This document shows, piece by piece, positions 9,127 through 19,539 of a stretch of 64,000 nt of DNA. Source of the stretch: Patescibacteria group bacterium. GTDB lineage: Bacteria > Patescibacteriota > UBA1384 > DATEAH01. Positions within the stretch are counted from its first letter, which is position 1, and each line of letters opens with the position of its first letter. The notes beneath the pieces are model-generated. The model saw only the letters and a list, made by a program, of their open reading frames with translations. It made no database searches and was not told where the DNA came from. The translations under genes were made by a program, and so were the position numbers. The DNA lies in contig DATEAH010000005.1 in NCBI GenBank assembly GCA_035288465.1, positions 67,636 to 131,635 on the forward strand, given 5' to 3'.

Positions 9127-9160
9127 TAATTTAAAAAATCGTCCTAAACTGGGACGATTT
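9127..9160. terminator. bidirectional rho-independent terminator
   Basis: aaaaaatcgtcctaaactgggacgattttt: hairpin flanked by A-run and T-run, between convergent ORF 8188-9108 and rnpB. Confidence 0.6.
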
Positions 9161-9164
9161 TTAA

Positions 9165-9540
9165 ATATCTTGAGTGGATAATAAGCCGAGTTTTGTTCCG
9201 CCAATTGGCGGAAGATAATCATCTATCTTTGCGGTGGGTCCCAAAATGTCCAAAACGAGCAGCTTCATTACCATATGGTGACATTTCAGTCCATTCCACC
9301 TTGCACCGGATAGGGTTTACCACTTTCCGATGTTACCATTGGAAAGAGAGGCTTCTTAGGTCCTCACTTTTCACCCTTACCACGCCTCATCGGCGGGCGG
9401 TTTAGTTTCTGTGACACTTTCCCTCGTTCGCACGGCCCTTCATCCCCAAATGTTAATCTGAAGGGTGCGGGGTATCCTGCTCTGTGGTGCTCGGACTTTC
9501 CTCTCCACCTCATCGGTGGAGCGATTATCTAATCCACTCA
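9165..9540 (-). ncRNA. rnpB: RNase P RNA (bacterial type A)
   Basis: Minus strand contains GAGGAAAGTCCGagCaCC (P4 5' strand) and ACAaAACtCGGCTTAT (P4 3' strand); P1 helix gtcttgagtggat/atccactcaaga; length about 375 nt. Confidence 0.85.
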
Positions 9541-9544
9541 AGAC

Positions 9545-9573
9545 AGCCTAATTTTACCAAATAAAGCCTATTT
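9545..9573 (-). promoter_or_regulatory. sigma70-like promoter TTGACA-17-TAAAAT for rnpB (inside uvrA 3' end)
   Basis: TTGACAaaataggctttatttggTAAAAT, -10 ends about 5-7 nt before P1. Confidence 0.55.
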
Positions 9574-9575
9574 TG

Positions 9576-12446
9576 TCAAGTATTTTTCAAGAGTTTTTTG
9601 AGGTATTGGCCGGTGTAGGATTTGGCCACTTTGGAAACCGCTTCAGGGGAACCGGTGGCTGTCACATAGCCGCCTTTTTCGCCACCTTCTGGGCCTAAAT
9701 CTATTAGCCAGTCGGCAGCTTTAATGACATCCATATTATGTTCGACGACTAAAACTGAATTTCCCATCTCCACTAAGCGATCTAAAACACCCATTAATTT
9801 GGTAATATCTTCAAAATGCAAACCAGTGGTAGGTTCGTCTAAAATATACAGGGTTGAACCGGTGGCTTTGCGCGATAATTCCGTGGCTAATTTAACCCGC
9901 TGCGCTTCCCCACCAGACAAGGTAATTGCCGATTGTCCCAAATGAATATAGCCTAAACCAACGTCGTCTAAAATTTTTAATTTTTCTCGAACTTGGGGAA
10001 TATTTTCAAAAAATCCAAGAGCCTCAACCACCGTCATTTCCAAAACATCCGCAATAGTTTTGCCTCGAAAATGGATTTCCAAAGCTTCTTTGTTGTATCT
10101 TTTGCCTTTACATTCTTCGCAGGTGATCCAAATATCGGGTAAAAAATGCATTTCAATTTTTATCTGACCTTCGCCATGGCAAGTCTCACATCTGCCGCCC
10201 TTAACATTAAAGGAAAAACGACCGGCACGATATCCTCTAAGTTTCGCTTCTGGAGTTGAGGCAAAAAGTTCGCGAATTGGTGTAAACAAACCGGTGTAGG
10301 TAGCCGGATTTGAACGAGGAGTGCGGCCAATCGGCGATTGATCAATCATAATGACTTTGTTGAGATATTCAAGGCCGCGAATTTCTTGGTGTTTGCCGGG
10401 CGCGACTCTTGAACGATGGAATTTTTTCGCCAAGGCTTTGGCTAAAATTTCACAAATCAAGGTTGATTTTCCCGATCCAGAAACGCCAGTAACACAAGTT
10501 AGTAAACCTATTGGAATTTTAACATTGATCTTTTTGAGATTAAATTCTTCGGCACCAATAATTTCCAAAAATTTATGATTAGGTTGGCGGCGTTTTTCAG
10601 GGATGGGGTTGGCTTTTTTACCAGATAAATATTGGCCAGTAATTGATTTAGGATTTTTTGAAATTTGGCTGACGGTGCCTTGAGCAATAATTTTTCCACC
10701 TAAATCGCCGGCTCCAGGTCCAATATCAAAAATATAATCGGCAGCTATTATAGTTTCCATATCATGTTCAACTACAATCACGCTATTGCCTAAATCACGC
10801 AAATCCTTGAGAGTTTTGAGCAATCTGCTGACATCGCGCTGGTGCAAACCAATCGAAGGCTCATCTAAAATATAAACGACGCCGACTAAACCAGAACCAA
10901 TTTGCGTGGCAAGCCGGATTCGCTGCGCTTCCCCACCAGCCAGAGTGGCAACATTACGATTTAAGGTTAAATAGGATAAACCGACATTTTCCAAAAATTT
11001 TAAACGCGCTTTAATTTCTTTTAATATCTGGTTGGCAATAATTTTATTTTTTTCGCTTAATTTCGCGTCAAGTTTTTTAAAAAATTCAATTAGTTTTTCG
11101 ACAGATAATTGCGCCACTTCAATAATTGATTTATCGGCCAAAGTGATAGCTAGGGCTTCGGGTTTTAAGCGCTGACCATGGCAAGTTGGACAAATTTTTT
11201 CTACCATATATTTTCTAATTTCCGAGCGAATAAAATCTGAGTCAGTTTCCATATATCGACGCTGAAGATTAGGAACAACACCTTCAAAATTTGTCACATA
11301 TTCTCGAACGGATCCGGCACCGGATGAGACTTGATAAACCTCGTTGCCGGTACCATATAAAACCAAATTCAGGGTCTTGCCGCTTAATTCTCGAACCGGG
11401 ACATTAACGGAAAATTTATGTACAACGGCGACCTTATCTAAAATTCTTTGAAACCAAGTAGAATGGGAAACAGTTCTGACCCATGGCCGAATGGCGCCCT
11501 CAGCCAAGGTTAAATTTTTGTTGGGAATTACCAAATTTGGTTCAACCTCTAATTTTGTCCCTAATCCTTGGCAATCCGGACATGCGCCATGTGGGGAATT
11601 AAAAGAAAAAAGCCGAGGCTGAATTTCTGGCAAACTAATCCCACAATCAGGACAGGCAAAATGTTCAGAAAAAATTATATCTCGGTCATTTTCAAAATCA
11701 TGAATATAAATAATGCCATCACCCAGATCTAAAGCTGTTTCCACCGATCCTGAGAGCCTGGTTTTATCTAAACCCTTAGATAACATCAAGCGGTCCACTA
11801 CGACTTCGATTGAATGTTTTTTATTTTTATCCAATTTTGGGACTTGCGATAAATCGTAAACTGATTTGTCAACCCGGACCCGCACAAAACCGGCTTTAGC
11901 AATTTCTTCAAAAACCTTTTTGTGCTCGCCTTTTTGGTCTAAAATAATCGGCGATAAAATCATCACTTTTTTTTCGGGTTTTTTAGATTTGGCAATTAAG
12001 TTGGCAATTTGTTTGACAATTTGGGTTGGGGTTTGGCTTTGTATGGGTTTGCCACAATTTGGACAATGCGGTTCGCCGATTCTGGCAAATAATAAGCGCA
12101 GATAATCATAAATTTCGGTAATGGTGCCGACCGTGGAACGAGGATTTTTAGAGGCTGATTTTTGGTCAATGGAAATAGCCGGAGACAAACCTTCAATGTA
12201 ATCCACATCTGGTTTTTCCATCACCCCTAAAAATTGTCGCGCATATGAAGATAAACTCTCGACATAACGGCGCTGGCCTTCGGCATAAATTGTATCAAAA
12301 GCTAAAGATGATTTTCCAGACCCGGATAACCCGGTAAAAACGACTAATTTATCTCTGGGAATTTCCAAACTGATATTTTTTAAATTATGTTCACGAGCAC
12401 CAATTATTTTAATTTTTCCGCCAGCAAATTTTGGAGTTTTTGGCAT
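9576..12446 (-). CDS. uvrA: excinuclease ABC subunit A
   Basis: 956 aa; two ABC ATPase modules ([18 protein letters not shown]), zinc-finger cysteines, LSGGE signature motifs. Confidence 0.97.
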   Translation of the reverse strand: MPKTPKFAGGKIKIIGAREHNLKNISLEIPRDKLVVFTGLSGSGKSSLAFDTIYAEGQRRYVESLSSYARQFLGVMEKPDVDYIEGLSPAISIDQKSASKNPRSTVGTITEIYDYLRLLFARIGEPHCPNCGKPIQSQTPTQIVKQIANLIAKSKKPEKKVMILSPIILDQKGEHKKVFEEIAKAGFVRVRVDKSVYDLSQVPKLDKNKKHSIEVVVDRLMLSKGLDKTRLSGSVETALDLGDGIIYIHDFENDRDIIFSEHFACPDCGISLPEIQPRLFSFNSPHGACPDCQGLGTKLEVEPNLVIPNKNLTLAEGAIRPWVRTVSHSTWFQRILDKVAVVHKFSVNVPVRELSGKTLNLVLYGTGNEVYQVSSGAGSVREYVTNFEGVVPNLQRRYMETDSDFIRSEIRKYMVEKICPTCHGQRLKPEALAITLADKSIIEVAQLSVEKLIEFFKKLDAKLSEKNKIIANQILKEIKARLKFLENVGLSYLTLNRNVATLAGGEAQRIRLATQIGSGLVGVVYILDEPSIGLHQRDVSRLLKTLKDLRDLGNSVIVVEHDMETIIAADYIFDIGPGAGDLGGKIIAQGTVSQISKNPKSITGQYLSGKKANPIPEKRRQPNHKFLEIIGAEEFNLKKINVKIPIGLLTCVTGVSGSGKSTLICEILAKALAKKFHRSRVAPGKHQEIRGLEYLNKVIMIDQSPIGRTPRSNPATYTGLFTPIRELFASTPEAKLRGYRAGRFSFNVKGGRCETCHGEGQIKIEMHFLPDIWITCEECKGKRYNKEALEIHFRGKTIADVLEMTVVEALGFFENIPQVREKLKILDDVGLGYIHLGQSAITLSGGEAQRVKLATELSRKATGSTLYILDEPTTGLHFEDITKLMGVLDRLVEMGNSVLVVEHNMDVIKAADWLIDLGPEGGEKGGYVTATGSPEAVSKVAKSYTGQYLKKLLKNT

Positions 12447-12671
12447 CTTGAAGCCTTTCTATGAGTTCAAATTTATAATATTATAATAATATGTCAAAAA
12501 TATATACCAATGAACAATTATATCACGAATGTCAAGAGAATAAAAGTGTTATAAATTGCGTTTTTGAAAATTAAAATTTATTTTTTGGAATTTTTAAATC
12601 ATTTGATATATAATAGAGTTAAATTATCAGCTTTAATATAAAGAGTTTAATTAAATAGATTGGAGTCTATT

Positions 12672-13097
12672 ATGGCAATGTTCGATCAAAACAAACCGGT
12701 GACCAAGAAGGTCTCGGAAACGGTTGTCGGCGTGGATGTGAATTTAACTGGTAATTTGAAAAGTGACGGCGACATCCAAATTAACGGTAAGGTTAAAGGA
12801 GAAGTGGACACCAAAAGCGATTTATTTATTGGTGACCAAGCAGTCATTGAAGGTTCAATCAAGGGCAAAAATGTGGTTGTCACTGGACAGGTGCGTGGAA
12901 ATTTACAGGCTTTGGAAGATTTGGAAATCTCGCCGACTGGTAAAGTTTTTGGCGATTTAGTGACCAAAAATTTAATTGTGAAAAAAGGCGCTTCTTTTAC
13001 CGGCAAAAGTACGATGGGCGAAAACGGCAAAAAAGAATTAAAACCAATTTATGAATTAGAAGAACTCAAAGCTAAGGACCATATAAAGAATTCATAA
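12672..13097 (+). CDS. bactofilin (CcmA/DUF583) cytoskeletal protein
   Basis: Repetitive beta-helical sequence GNLKSDGDIQINGKVKGEV...; start taken at ATG 12672 after ggag RBS (ORF track starts at TTG 12660). Confidence 0.75.
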   Translation: MAMFDQNKPVTKKVSETVVGVDVNLTGNLKSDGDIQINGKVKGEVDTKSDLFIGDQAVIEGSIKGKNVVVTGQVRGNLQALEDLEISPTGKVFGDLVTKNLIVKKGASFTGKSTMGENGKKELKPIYELEELKAKDHIKNS

Positions 13098-13103
13098 ATT
13101 AAA

Positions 13104-13919
13104 ATGTACTATTTTGTTTTAGAGCAAGCGAAAAATCGTTGGCAAGCCGGTTTTCAAAATCGCATCGCAGCCTTTTTGGATGATTTGCAGATTGTGGGTG
13201 AAATTGCGAAGGCAAATCCAATTCAAAAAGTCGAAGAACTCTGCCAGCTCGGTTTGAAAAAAGGGTATCATACGATTGTGATTATTGGCACCGACACCAC
13301 TATCAGCACTTTGGCCGCTCTGATTGCTAAACAAGGTGCCACTTTGGGAATTGTGCCGATTGATCCGGAAAGCAGTTTTTACAATTTAATTGGCTGCACA
13401 AATTGGGAACAAGCCTGCCTCGCATTGCCAAAAAGAAGGGTTGCCACTTTTGACATGGGACAAGCTGGGGCAGAACGATTTTTTTTAACCTATGTTAAAA
13501 TTGCCCCTGATAAGGCTAAAAAACCATCGCAAGTTTTGTTGGAGATTGCGGACTTTAAAGCTGAGGTACCGGCTTTAAGTATGACCGTGGCAAATGGTCC
13601 TTTGGGAGATGCTGATTCTGAATTAATGCGCCAAGGTTTTTCGGATAGTCTCTTGGATATCTATGTCACCACTCAAGTTGGCCAAACCAATAGTTCAATT
13701 ATCTCCTCAATCTTCAAAACAGAACAAAAAACCACCTTTTCAAGCTTATTTCACGCCGATAGATTTAGAGTTTCGGGCCTGGAACAAATTTTAAATGTTT
13801 TGGGACCTGACGATAGAATTTTGACGAAAACTCCAATCGAATTTTCAATCGTTCCGAGCGCGATTAAAGTAATTATTAAAAAATCATCTGGGGTAAAGGC
13901 TCCAGTGAAACATCAATAA
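13104..13919 (+). CDS. hypothetical protein (weak resemblance to lipid/NAD kinase catalytic fold)
   Basis: 271 aa; VIIGTDTTIS region weakly like GGDG(T) kinases; low confidence annotation. Confidence 0.35.
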   Translation: MYYFVLEQAKNRWQAGFQNRIAAFLDDLQIVGEIAKANPIQKVEELCQLGLKKGYHTIVIIGTDTTISTLAALIAKQGATLGIVPIDPESSFYNLIGCTNWEQACLALPKRRVATFDMGQAGAERFFLTYVKIAPDKAKKPSQVLLEIADFKAEVPALSMTVANGPLGDADSELMRQGFSDSLLDIYVTTQVGQTNSSIISSIFKTEQKTTFSSLFHADRFRVSGLEQILNVLGPDDRILTKTPIEFSIVPSAIKVIIKKSSGVKAPVKHQ

Positions 13920-13978
13920 GGTTAAGGCTTGATTATTTTGCTTTCCTATTATATAATATAAAAACATAGGAGGTTTCG

Positions 13979-14494
13979 ATTAAGAAAAGATTAATCTCAA
14001 ATTGGCAAATCCAATCCCCCAAAGTGCGTTTGGTTGATGAAAATGGTGAGTTTGTGGGAATTTTAGAGCGCGATAAGGCGATTTTTTTTGCCAAAGACCG
14101 CGGTTTTGACTTGGCGATCGTGGCTGAAAATGCTAATCCACCAGTGGCCAAATTAATTGATTTTGGTAAGTACCAGTATGAACAGGAAAAAATTGCCCGC
14201 AAACAAAGAAAAGGTAAAACAGGTGAATTAAAAGAAATTCGAATTGGCTTTAAAATTTCCGAGCACGATTTGGACATCAAGATCAAACGGGCGGAAAAAT
14301 TTATTGTCAAAGGCCATCGCGTTCGCGTAAATTTAAGGCTCAGGGGACGGGAAATGCAATTTCAACCCAGAGCTTATGAAATGCTGGCAAAATTTGCCGA
14401 AAAATTAGCAAAAATTAGCACCATTGAATCCCCAGCCAGCAAAGAACGCAATCAATTTAACATCTTGTTAAAACCGGCCAAAAGCCAAAACTAA
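13979..14494 (+). CDS. infC: translation initiation factor IF-3 (ATT start codon)
   Basis: IF-3 N- and C-domain motifs (VRLVDENGE..., KEIRIGFKISEHDL); in-frame ATT at 13979 6 nt after AGGAGG; ORF track begins at internal 14024. Confidence 0.9.
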   Translation: MKKRLISNWQIQSPKVRLVDENGEFVGILERDKAIFFAKDRGFDLAIVAENANPPVAKLIDFGKYQYEQEKIARKQRKGKTGELKEIRIGFKISEHDLDIKIKRAEKFIVKGHRVRVNLRLRGREMQFQPRAYEMLAKFAEKLAKISTIESPASKERNQFNILLKPAKSQN

Positions 14495-14560
14495 AAAGAT
14501 TATAAAATTTAAATTTGAAAATATTTATTTTGATATTGATGAATAATTTGAAGGAATGAA

Positions 14561-14758
14561 ATGAAGTTAAAAACACATCGAGGATTAGCAAAAAGAATTA
14601 AAAAAACTAAAACTGGCAAGATTAAACGCAGATCAGCCTTTATTTCGCATTTATTAAGTAAAAAATCAGCGGCTCGCAAACGCCGACATGCTGTGTCACA
14701 AGACGTAAGCATGGCAGATCGAAAAGTGGTGAGAAAATTAGTCCCATATAATAAATAA
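14561..14758 (+). CDS. rpmI: 50S ribosomal protein L35
   Basis: 65 aa highly basic, [16 protein letters not shown]...KRRH pattern; aaggaa RBS; follows infC. Confidence 0.85.
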   Translation: MKLKTHRGLAKRIKKTKTGKIKRRSAFISHLLSKKSAARKRRHAVSQDVSMADRKVVRKLVPYNK

Positions 14759-14870
14759 GATTAAAAATAAAATTGAAAAAATTAAAGATGCAGAGTAAAA
14801 ATTAAAAATCTAATAGTATTTTTATCTTTTCTCTCTAATCTTTTATTTTGAACGACCAAAGGGAGTAAAT

Positions 14871-15218
14871 ATGCCAAGAATCAAGCGCGGCGTAATGGTT
14901 CGAAAAAGACATAAAAAAATTAAAAAGCTGACCAAGGGTTACATGAAAACCCGCCAGGCTTCAATTAAAAAAGCCAAAGAGGCGGTGGTGAAGGCTGGAC
15001 AACACGCCTATCGAGATCGCCGAGGCAAGAAAAGATTAATGCGCCGACTTTGGATTAGCCAATTAAATGCCTATTTGAAAGCCAACGAGATTAGTTATTC
15101 AAAATTTATGGGTCTTTTGAAAAAGAATAAAATTGAACTTAATCGAAAAATTTTAGCCGAACTCGCCCAAAATGAATCCGGGATTCTTAAGAAAATTATT
15201 GAAGAAGTCAAAAGTTAA
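14871..15218 (+). CDS. rplT: 50S ribosomal protein L20
   Basis: MPRIKRGVMVRKRHKK...; classic infC-rpmI-rplT order. Confidence 0.95.
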   Translation: MPRIKRGVMVRKRHKKIKKLTKGYMKTRQASIKKAKEAVVKAGQHAYRDRRGKKRLMRRLWISQLNAYLKANEISYSKFMGLLKKNKIELNRKILAELAQNESGILKKIIEEVKS

Positions 15219-16750
15219 TACATGTTTTGGTCTTTGGGACGATATTGGAGAGCCTCAGCTAAATGTTGAGGGTGAATTTGAGTACTATTTTCTAAATCGG
15301 CAATGGTTCTGGCTAATTTTAAAACCCGATGATATGCTCGAGCAGATAAATTAAGTTGCATAGCGGCATTTTTAAGTAAATTCTGCGATTTTTCGTCCAA
15401 TTGGCAGAATTTTTTTATATCTTGAACTTTCATTTCTGAATTGGTGAGGATTTTTAAATCTGAAAAGCGAGTGCGTTGTCTATCTCTGGCTGATTCAACC
15501 CGTTTTCTAATTTTGGCAGATTCTTCGGAAACTTTTTCCGAGGTTAATTTTTCTAATTTTACCGCGGGGATTTCAATATGAATATCGATTCGATCTACGA
15601 GAGGCCCTGAGATTTTTTTCTGATAATGCATAATTTGGCTTGGTCCACAAACGCATTGCCTTTTGGGATCATTTAAATAACCACACGGGCATGGATTCAT
15701 GGCGGCCACTAAGGTAAAATGGGCGGGAAATTGCAGGGTTCCTAGGGCCCTGGAAATGGTAATGATTCGATCTTCCAAGGGTTGCCTGAGAGCTTCTAAA
15801 ACTGCCCGGCCAAATTCTGGCAATTCATCTAAAAACAAAACTCCTTTGTGCGCTAAAGTGACTTCACCTGGTCGAGGATGTGCGCCACCACCCACCAAAG
15901 AGATGTTAGAAGCAGTATGGTGAGGCGAGCGAAATGGCCTAGAAGAAATTAATGGTGAATCATATGGCAAAATTCCTGCCACCGAATAAATTTTGGTGAT
16001 TTCTAATGATTCTTCGGGGGTCATTTTGGGCATAATCGAAGGCATGGCCCGTGCCAGTAAGGTTTTGCCAGATCCTGGCGGTCCAGACATTAAGACATTA
16101 TGTGCGCCAGCGGCGGCGACTTCTAAAGCGCGCTTGGCTTGTTCTTGGCCAGCGATATAGGCCATATCAAAATCATATAATTCATCCTTATCTAAAGTTA
16201 ATTTACCGGCAGATTTGATTTTGGAAATCTGTTTTTCCATTTTAAGATGATATATGAGTTGTTTAAGACTTGAAACTGGATACAAATCTAGGCCAGCCAC
16301 TAATTCGGCTTCGGCTAAATTTGATTCCGGCAGATAAATTTTTTGAATGCTTGATTTTTTGGCCATTAAAGCCATGGGTAAAATCCCAGAAATCCGGCGC
16401 AATTTGCCATCTAATGATAATTCACCCAAAAATAAATTCTCGTGCGAATTTAAAAAAGTCGGGATTTGCTCTGAGGCTGCTAAAATCCCAACTGCAATCG
16501 CTAAATCAAAAGCTGGTCCAGATTTTGGCAAATCAGCCGGCGCTAAATTTACTGTTAACCGACGATCCGCCATTTTGGCTGATGAATTCTTGATCGCCGC
16601 TCGGACTCGCTCTTTTGATTCTTCAACGGCTTTGTCTGGTAAACCAACCATATTAAAAGCAGGTAAACCAGAAGAGATATCGGCTTCGACCTCAATTGGT
16701 AAAGCTTCGAGTCCAACCACTGATGCGGCTAAGATCTTTGCCACAGCCAT
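15215..16750 (-). CDS. comM: Mg-chelatase-like AAA+ ATPase ComM/YifB
   Basis: 511 aa; N-terminal Lon-like domain, Walker A GPPGSGKT, C-terminal conserved cysteines. Confidence 0.9.
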   Translation of the reverse strand: MAVAKILAASVVGLEALPIEVEADISSGLPAFNMVGLPDKAVEESKERVRAAIKNSSAKMADRRLTVNLAPADLPKSGPAFDLAIAVGILAASEQIPTFLNSHENLFLGELSLDGKLRRISGILPMALMAKKSSIQKIYLPESNLAEAELVAGLDLYPVSSLKQLIYHLKMEKQISKIKSAGKLTLDKDELYDFDMAYIAGQEQAKRALEVAAAGAHNVLMSGPPGSGKTLLARAMPSIMPKMTPEESLEITKIYSVAGILPYDSPLISSRPFRSPHHTASNISLVGGGAHPRPGEVTLAHKGVLFLDELPEFGRAVLEALRQPLEDRIITISRALGTLQFPAHFTLVAAMNPCPCGYLNDPKRQCVCGPSQIMHYQKKISGPLVDRIDIHIEIPAVKLEKLTSEKVSEESAKIRKRVESARDRQRTRFSDLKILTNSEMKVQDIKKFCQLDEKSQNLLKNAAMQLNLSARAYHRVLKLARTIADLENSTQIHPQHLAEALQYRPKDQNMY

Positions 16751-16802
16751 ATTTTCTCCTAATCTTTTAGCTCTGTTTTATCTTAACTATATTCTACCAC
16801 AA

Positions 16803-16860
16803 ATTTGAAATTGTTATTTAAAAAAGCCGTGACAGGGTATTGATCTCGAAGGATCAGTTC
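16803..16860 (-). terminator. rho-independent terminator with nested hairpin
   Basis: Minus strand aagccgttgcacggaactgatccttcgagatcaataccctgtcacggcttttttaaa. Confidence 0.5.
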
Positions 16861-16881
16861 CGTGCAACGGCTTGAAAAAAA

Positions 16882-17262
16882 TTAGTACGAACCTCCTCTT
16901 TCAATGTATGGGAGCGAAGATTTTCCAATTTTATTATTGGCAAAACTTGTAAAAACCCTCCAACCTCCGTGACTGCGTAAATGCGCAACCTGAATTCTTG
17001 AATTGAGCCCATTCCATCTTTCGGCAAAGGGGTAGGCGGCAACTTGATCTTCAAAAAGCTGGATGTCTCCAGCCCTCAATAATCCCAGGGCGGCAAATGC
17101 CACATCTGTCCGAAAACAACCTAATTCTTCAGGATAGGTGGGAAAACGACGCAACCAAAATATGGCTTTCCTTCTAATAATTCTTGGGGCAAAATAGCAT
17201 AGGGTAATAAGAATCCATCTTTTAAATTCCACAATCATGCCACTCTTGCTGACTTTCCACAT
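16882..17262 (-). CDS. hypothetical protein
   Basis: 126 aa ORF co-oriented with pyrG, 7-nt gap from upstream ORF. Confidence 0.45.
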   Translation of the reverse strand: MWKVSKSGMIVEFKRWILITLCYFAPRIIRRKAIFWLRRFPTYPEELGCFRTDVAFAALGLLRAGDIQLFEDQVAAYPFAERWNGLNSRIQVAHLRSHGGWRVFTSFANNKIGKSSLPYIERGGSY

Positions 17263-17268
17263 TGACGA

Positions 17269-17934
17269 TCACGCCCCTTTGTCCTTTAGGATGGTGGTAA
17301 TTTCTTCATCTGAGAGACCTAACGATTTACCCATCCCTAGAGTGCAAGCCTTCCAAATATGACCTGAGGCCATTCCTTTCAACCTGGCAGTAATTATCTT
17401 TCTTCCCTCTTCTCGCCTTGTTGTAATCTGGCAGAGATAAATGGCATATGTGAATGCGCAATGGTTAATTGAATGGGGATGTCCTCCCTCACGATGAAGC
17501 CTTGTGTACCTTTCCTTGTATTTATCTGCCAAAAAGTTATAAATGCGTTCCTGATCTTCTGGAGATGTCCTTTCCCGCCAGACTTCAAGACCCGCTAAAT
17601 GAAGCTCCTGCTCTAAGAAATAGTCGCTGTCTTTGCCCAGCCAGGGCAAATAATCATTCCCCATACACATAAAGGGAAGATCCGGGTAAACCTTCACTCT
17701 ACCTTCGATATGGTCTAAACCCGCATCTGTAGTTAGAAATCTGCTTACCTCCGGGTCAAGCCTAAATGGTGGGGAAAGTACAATGATATCTTGACCCCAA
17801 TCATCAAATCCGGTAGGTCCGGCTTTACGCACAAGAATGTCTTGCAGGCTTTGCATATTCCACACCTCACCTGGTTCGAGATGTCGTCCCAAGAGTACTA
17901 AAGATATTTTATTATAATTTATAGCAATTGTCAA
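17269..17934 (-). CDS. hypothetical protein
   Basis: 221 aa; start overlaps pyrG stop region; elevated GC; no recognizable motif. Confidence 0.5.
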   Translation of the reverse strand: MTIAINYNKISLVLLGRHLEPGEVWNMQSLQDILVRKAGPTGFDDWGQDIIVLSPPFRLDPEVSRFLTTDAGLDHIEGRVKVYPDLPFMCMGNDYLPWLGKDSDYFLEQELHLAGLEVWRERTSPEDQERIYNFLADKYKERYTRLHREGGHPHSINHCAFTYAIYLCQITTRREEGRKIITARLKGMASGHIWKACTLGMGKSLGLSDEEITTILKDKGA

Positions 17935-17937
17935 GAG

Positions 17938-19539
17938 TTAATCTCTATTTTTTATCGCCGCTCCAATAAAACCCAAAAATAATGGATGAGGTTTAATTGG
18001 TCTTGATTTGAATTCGGGATGGGCTTGGGTAGCAACGAAATAGGGATGATTCGCCAACTCAATAAATTCGACTAATTTTTTATCAGGTGAGTTGCCGGAA
18101 AAAATTAAGCCATTTTTTTGTAAAATTTGATGATATTCCGGATTAACTTCATAACGATGTCGATGCCTTTCTGCGATTTGATTTTTTCCGTATAATTTTC
18201 TGATCTTAGAATCTGGTTTTAAAATTGCCGGATACGAGCCCAAACGCATCGTGCCGCCCATTGACTTAATTTTTAATTGCTCTGGTAAATATTCGATAAC
18301 TGGATACTTAGTTTTTGGGTTAAACTCGGTGGAGTTTGCATCATGCAATTTACACATATTTCGAGCAAATTCGATTACAGCAACCTGCAAACCCAAACAT
18401 AAACCCAAAAAAGGAATTTTATTTTCACGGGCAAATTGAATCGCTTTGACCTTACCTTCGATGCCACGAATCCCAAAACCTCCAGGCACTAAAATGCCAT
18501 CAACTTTAGATAATATTTTATTAATTTTAAGGGTATTTTCGCTATCTACCCCGATAATATTTATTTTCGTTTGGTAAGCTATGCCGGCATGACGCAAAGC
18601 TTCCACCACGGAAATATAGGCGTCAGGATGATCTAAATATTTTCCAACCATAGCAATATTAATCGTTTTTTTAACATCGTGACATTTTTTGACAATTTGC
18701 CGCCAATCATTAAGGTTAGGTTTTTTAAATCTTAATTTAAATTTTTTAGCCACTTGCCGAGCTAATCCGGCTTTGGCTAAATTTAAAGGAATTTCATAAA
18801 GTGAATTGGCATTTATTGCTTCAATGACATTTTTTTCATCAACATCACAAAAAAGAGCAATTTTTTTACGGATTGAATCACTTAATTTTTCCTTACATCT
18901 AACGACTAAAAGACCGGCTTGAATGCCATCGCTGCGTAAAAGTTGAACGCTTTGCTGAATCGGCTTGGTTTTGGCTTCTTCAGACGGATAAATATAAACA
19001 ATTTTTACCACATGAATATATAAAACATTTTCTTCGCCGACGTCATGACGAAACTGGCGGGCAGCTTCGATAAAAGGCAAACCTTCGATGTCACCAATCG
19101 TGCCACCAATTTCACAAATTAAAAAATCCGCCTGAGATTTTTGGGCGGCTAATTTGATGCGACGTTTAATTTCCTCGGTAACATGAGGAATAATTTGGAT
19201 GGTGCTGCCCAAAAAATCACCATGCCGTTCTTTTTCGGTAACAGCGGAATAAATAATTCCCGTAGTAAAATTTGAAAGTTGCGATAAATTTTCGCCAACA
19301 AACCTTTCATAATGACCTAAATCCAAATCGGTTTCGGTACCATCTTCGGTCACAAAAACCTCACCATGTTGAAAAGGATTCATGGTGCCAGCATCCTTAT
19401 TTAAGTACGGATCAACTTTTAGCATTCCAACTTTGAAACCTGATTTTTTTAACAATAACCCTAACGATGCTGCCGTAATCCCCTTACCAATACCGGAAAC
19501 AATGCCGCCGGTAATAAAAATATACTTAGTTTTGGACAA
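17938..19539 (-). CDS. pyrG: CTP synthase
   Basis: 533 aa; N-terminal synthetase domain (IFITGGVVSGLGKG-like) plus C-terminal glutamine amidotransferase (GLCLG, HRHRYEVN). Confidence 0.95.
   Translation of the reverse strand: MSKTKYIFITGGIVSGIGKGITAASLGLLLKKSGFKVGMLKVDPYLNKDAGTMNPFQHGEVFVTEDGTETDLDLGHYERFVGENLSQLSNFTTGIIYSAVTEKERHGDFLGSTIQIIPHVTEEIKRRIKLAAQKSQADFLICEIGGTIGDIEGLPFIEAARQFRHDVGEENVLYIHVVKIVYIYPSEEAKTKPIQQSVQLLRSDGIQAGLLVVRCKEKLSDSIRKKIALFCDVDEKNVIEAINANSLYEIPLNLAKAGLARQVAKKFKLRFKKPNLNDWRQIVKKCHDVKKTINIAMVGKYLDHPDAYISVVEALRHAGIAYQTKINIIGVDSENTLKINKILSKVDGILVPGGFGIRGIEGKVKAIQFARENKIPFLGLCLGLQVAVIEFARNMCKLHDANSTEFNPKTKYPVIEYLPEQLKIKSMGGTMRLGSYPAILKPDSKIRKLYGKNQIAERHRHRYEVNPEYHQILQKNGLIFSGNSPDKKLVEFIELANHPYFVATQAHPEFKSRPIKPHPLFLGFIGAAIKNRD

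Noticed and set aside
9724-12208. Short ORFs on either strand within uvrA (9724-9945, 10160-10345, 10351-10578, 10508-10699, 11866-12105, 11996-12208)
   Set aside because: Embedded in or antisense to the intact 956-aa uvrA. These are frame artifacts.
13104-13919. Confident call of this ORF as diacylglycerol or NAD kinase
   Set aside because: The GGDG-like region is degenerate (IIGTDTT), so I keep it as hypothetical with a weak resemblance only.
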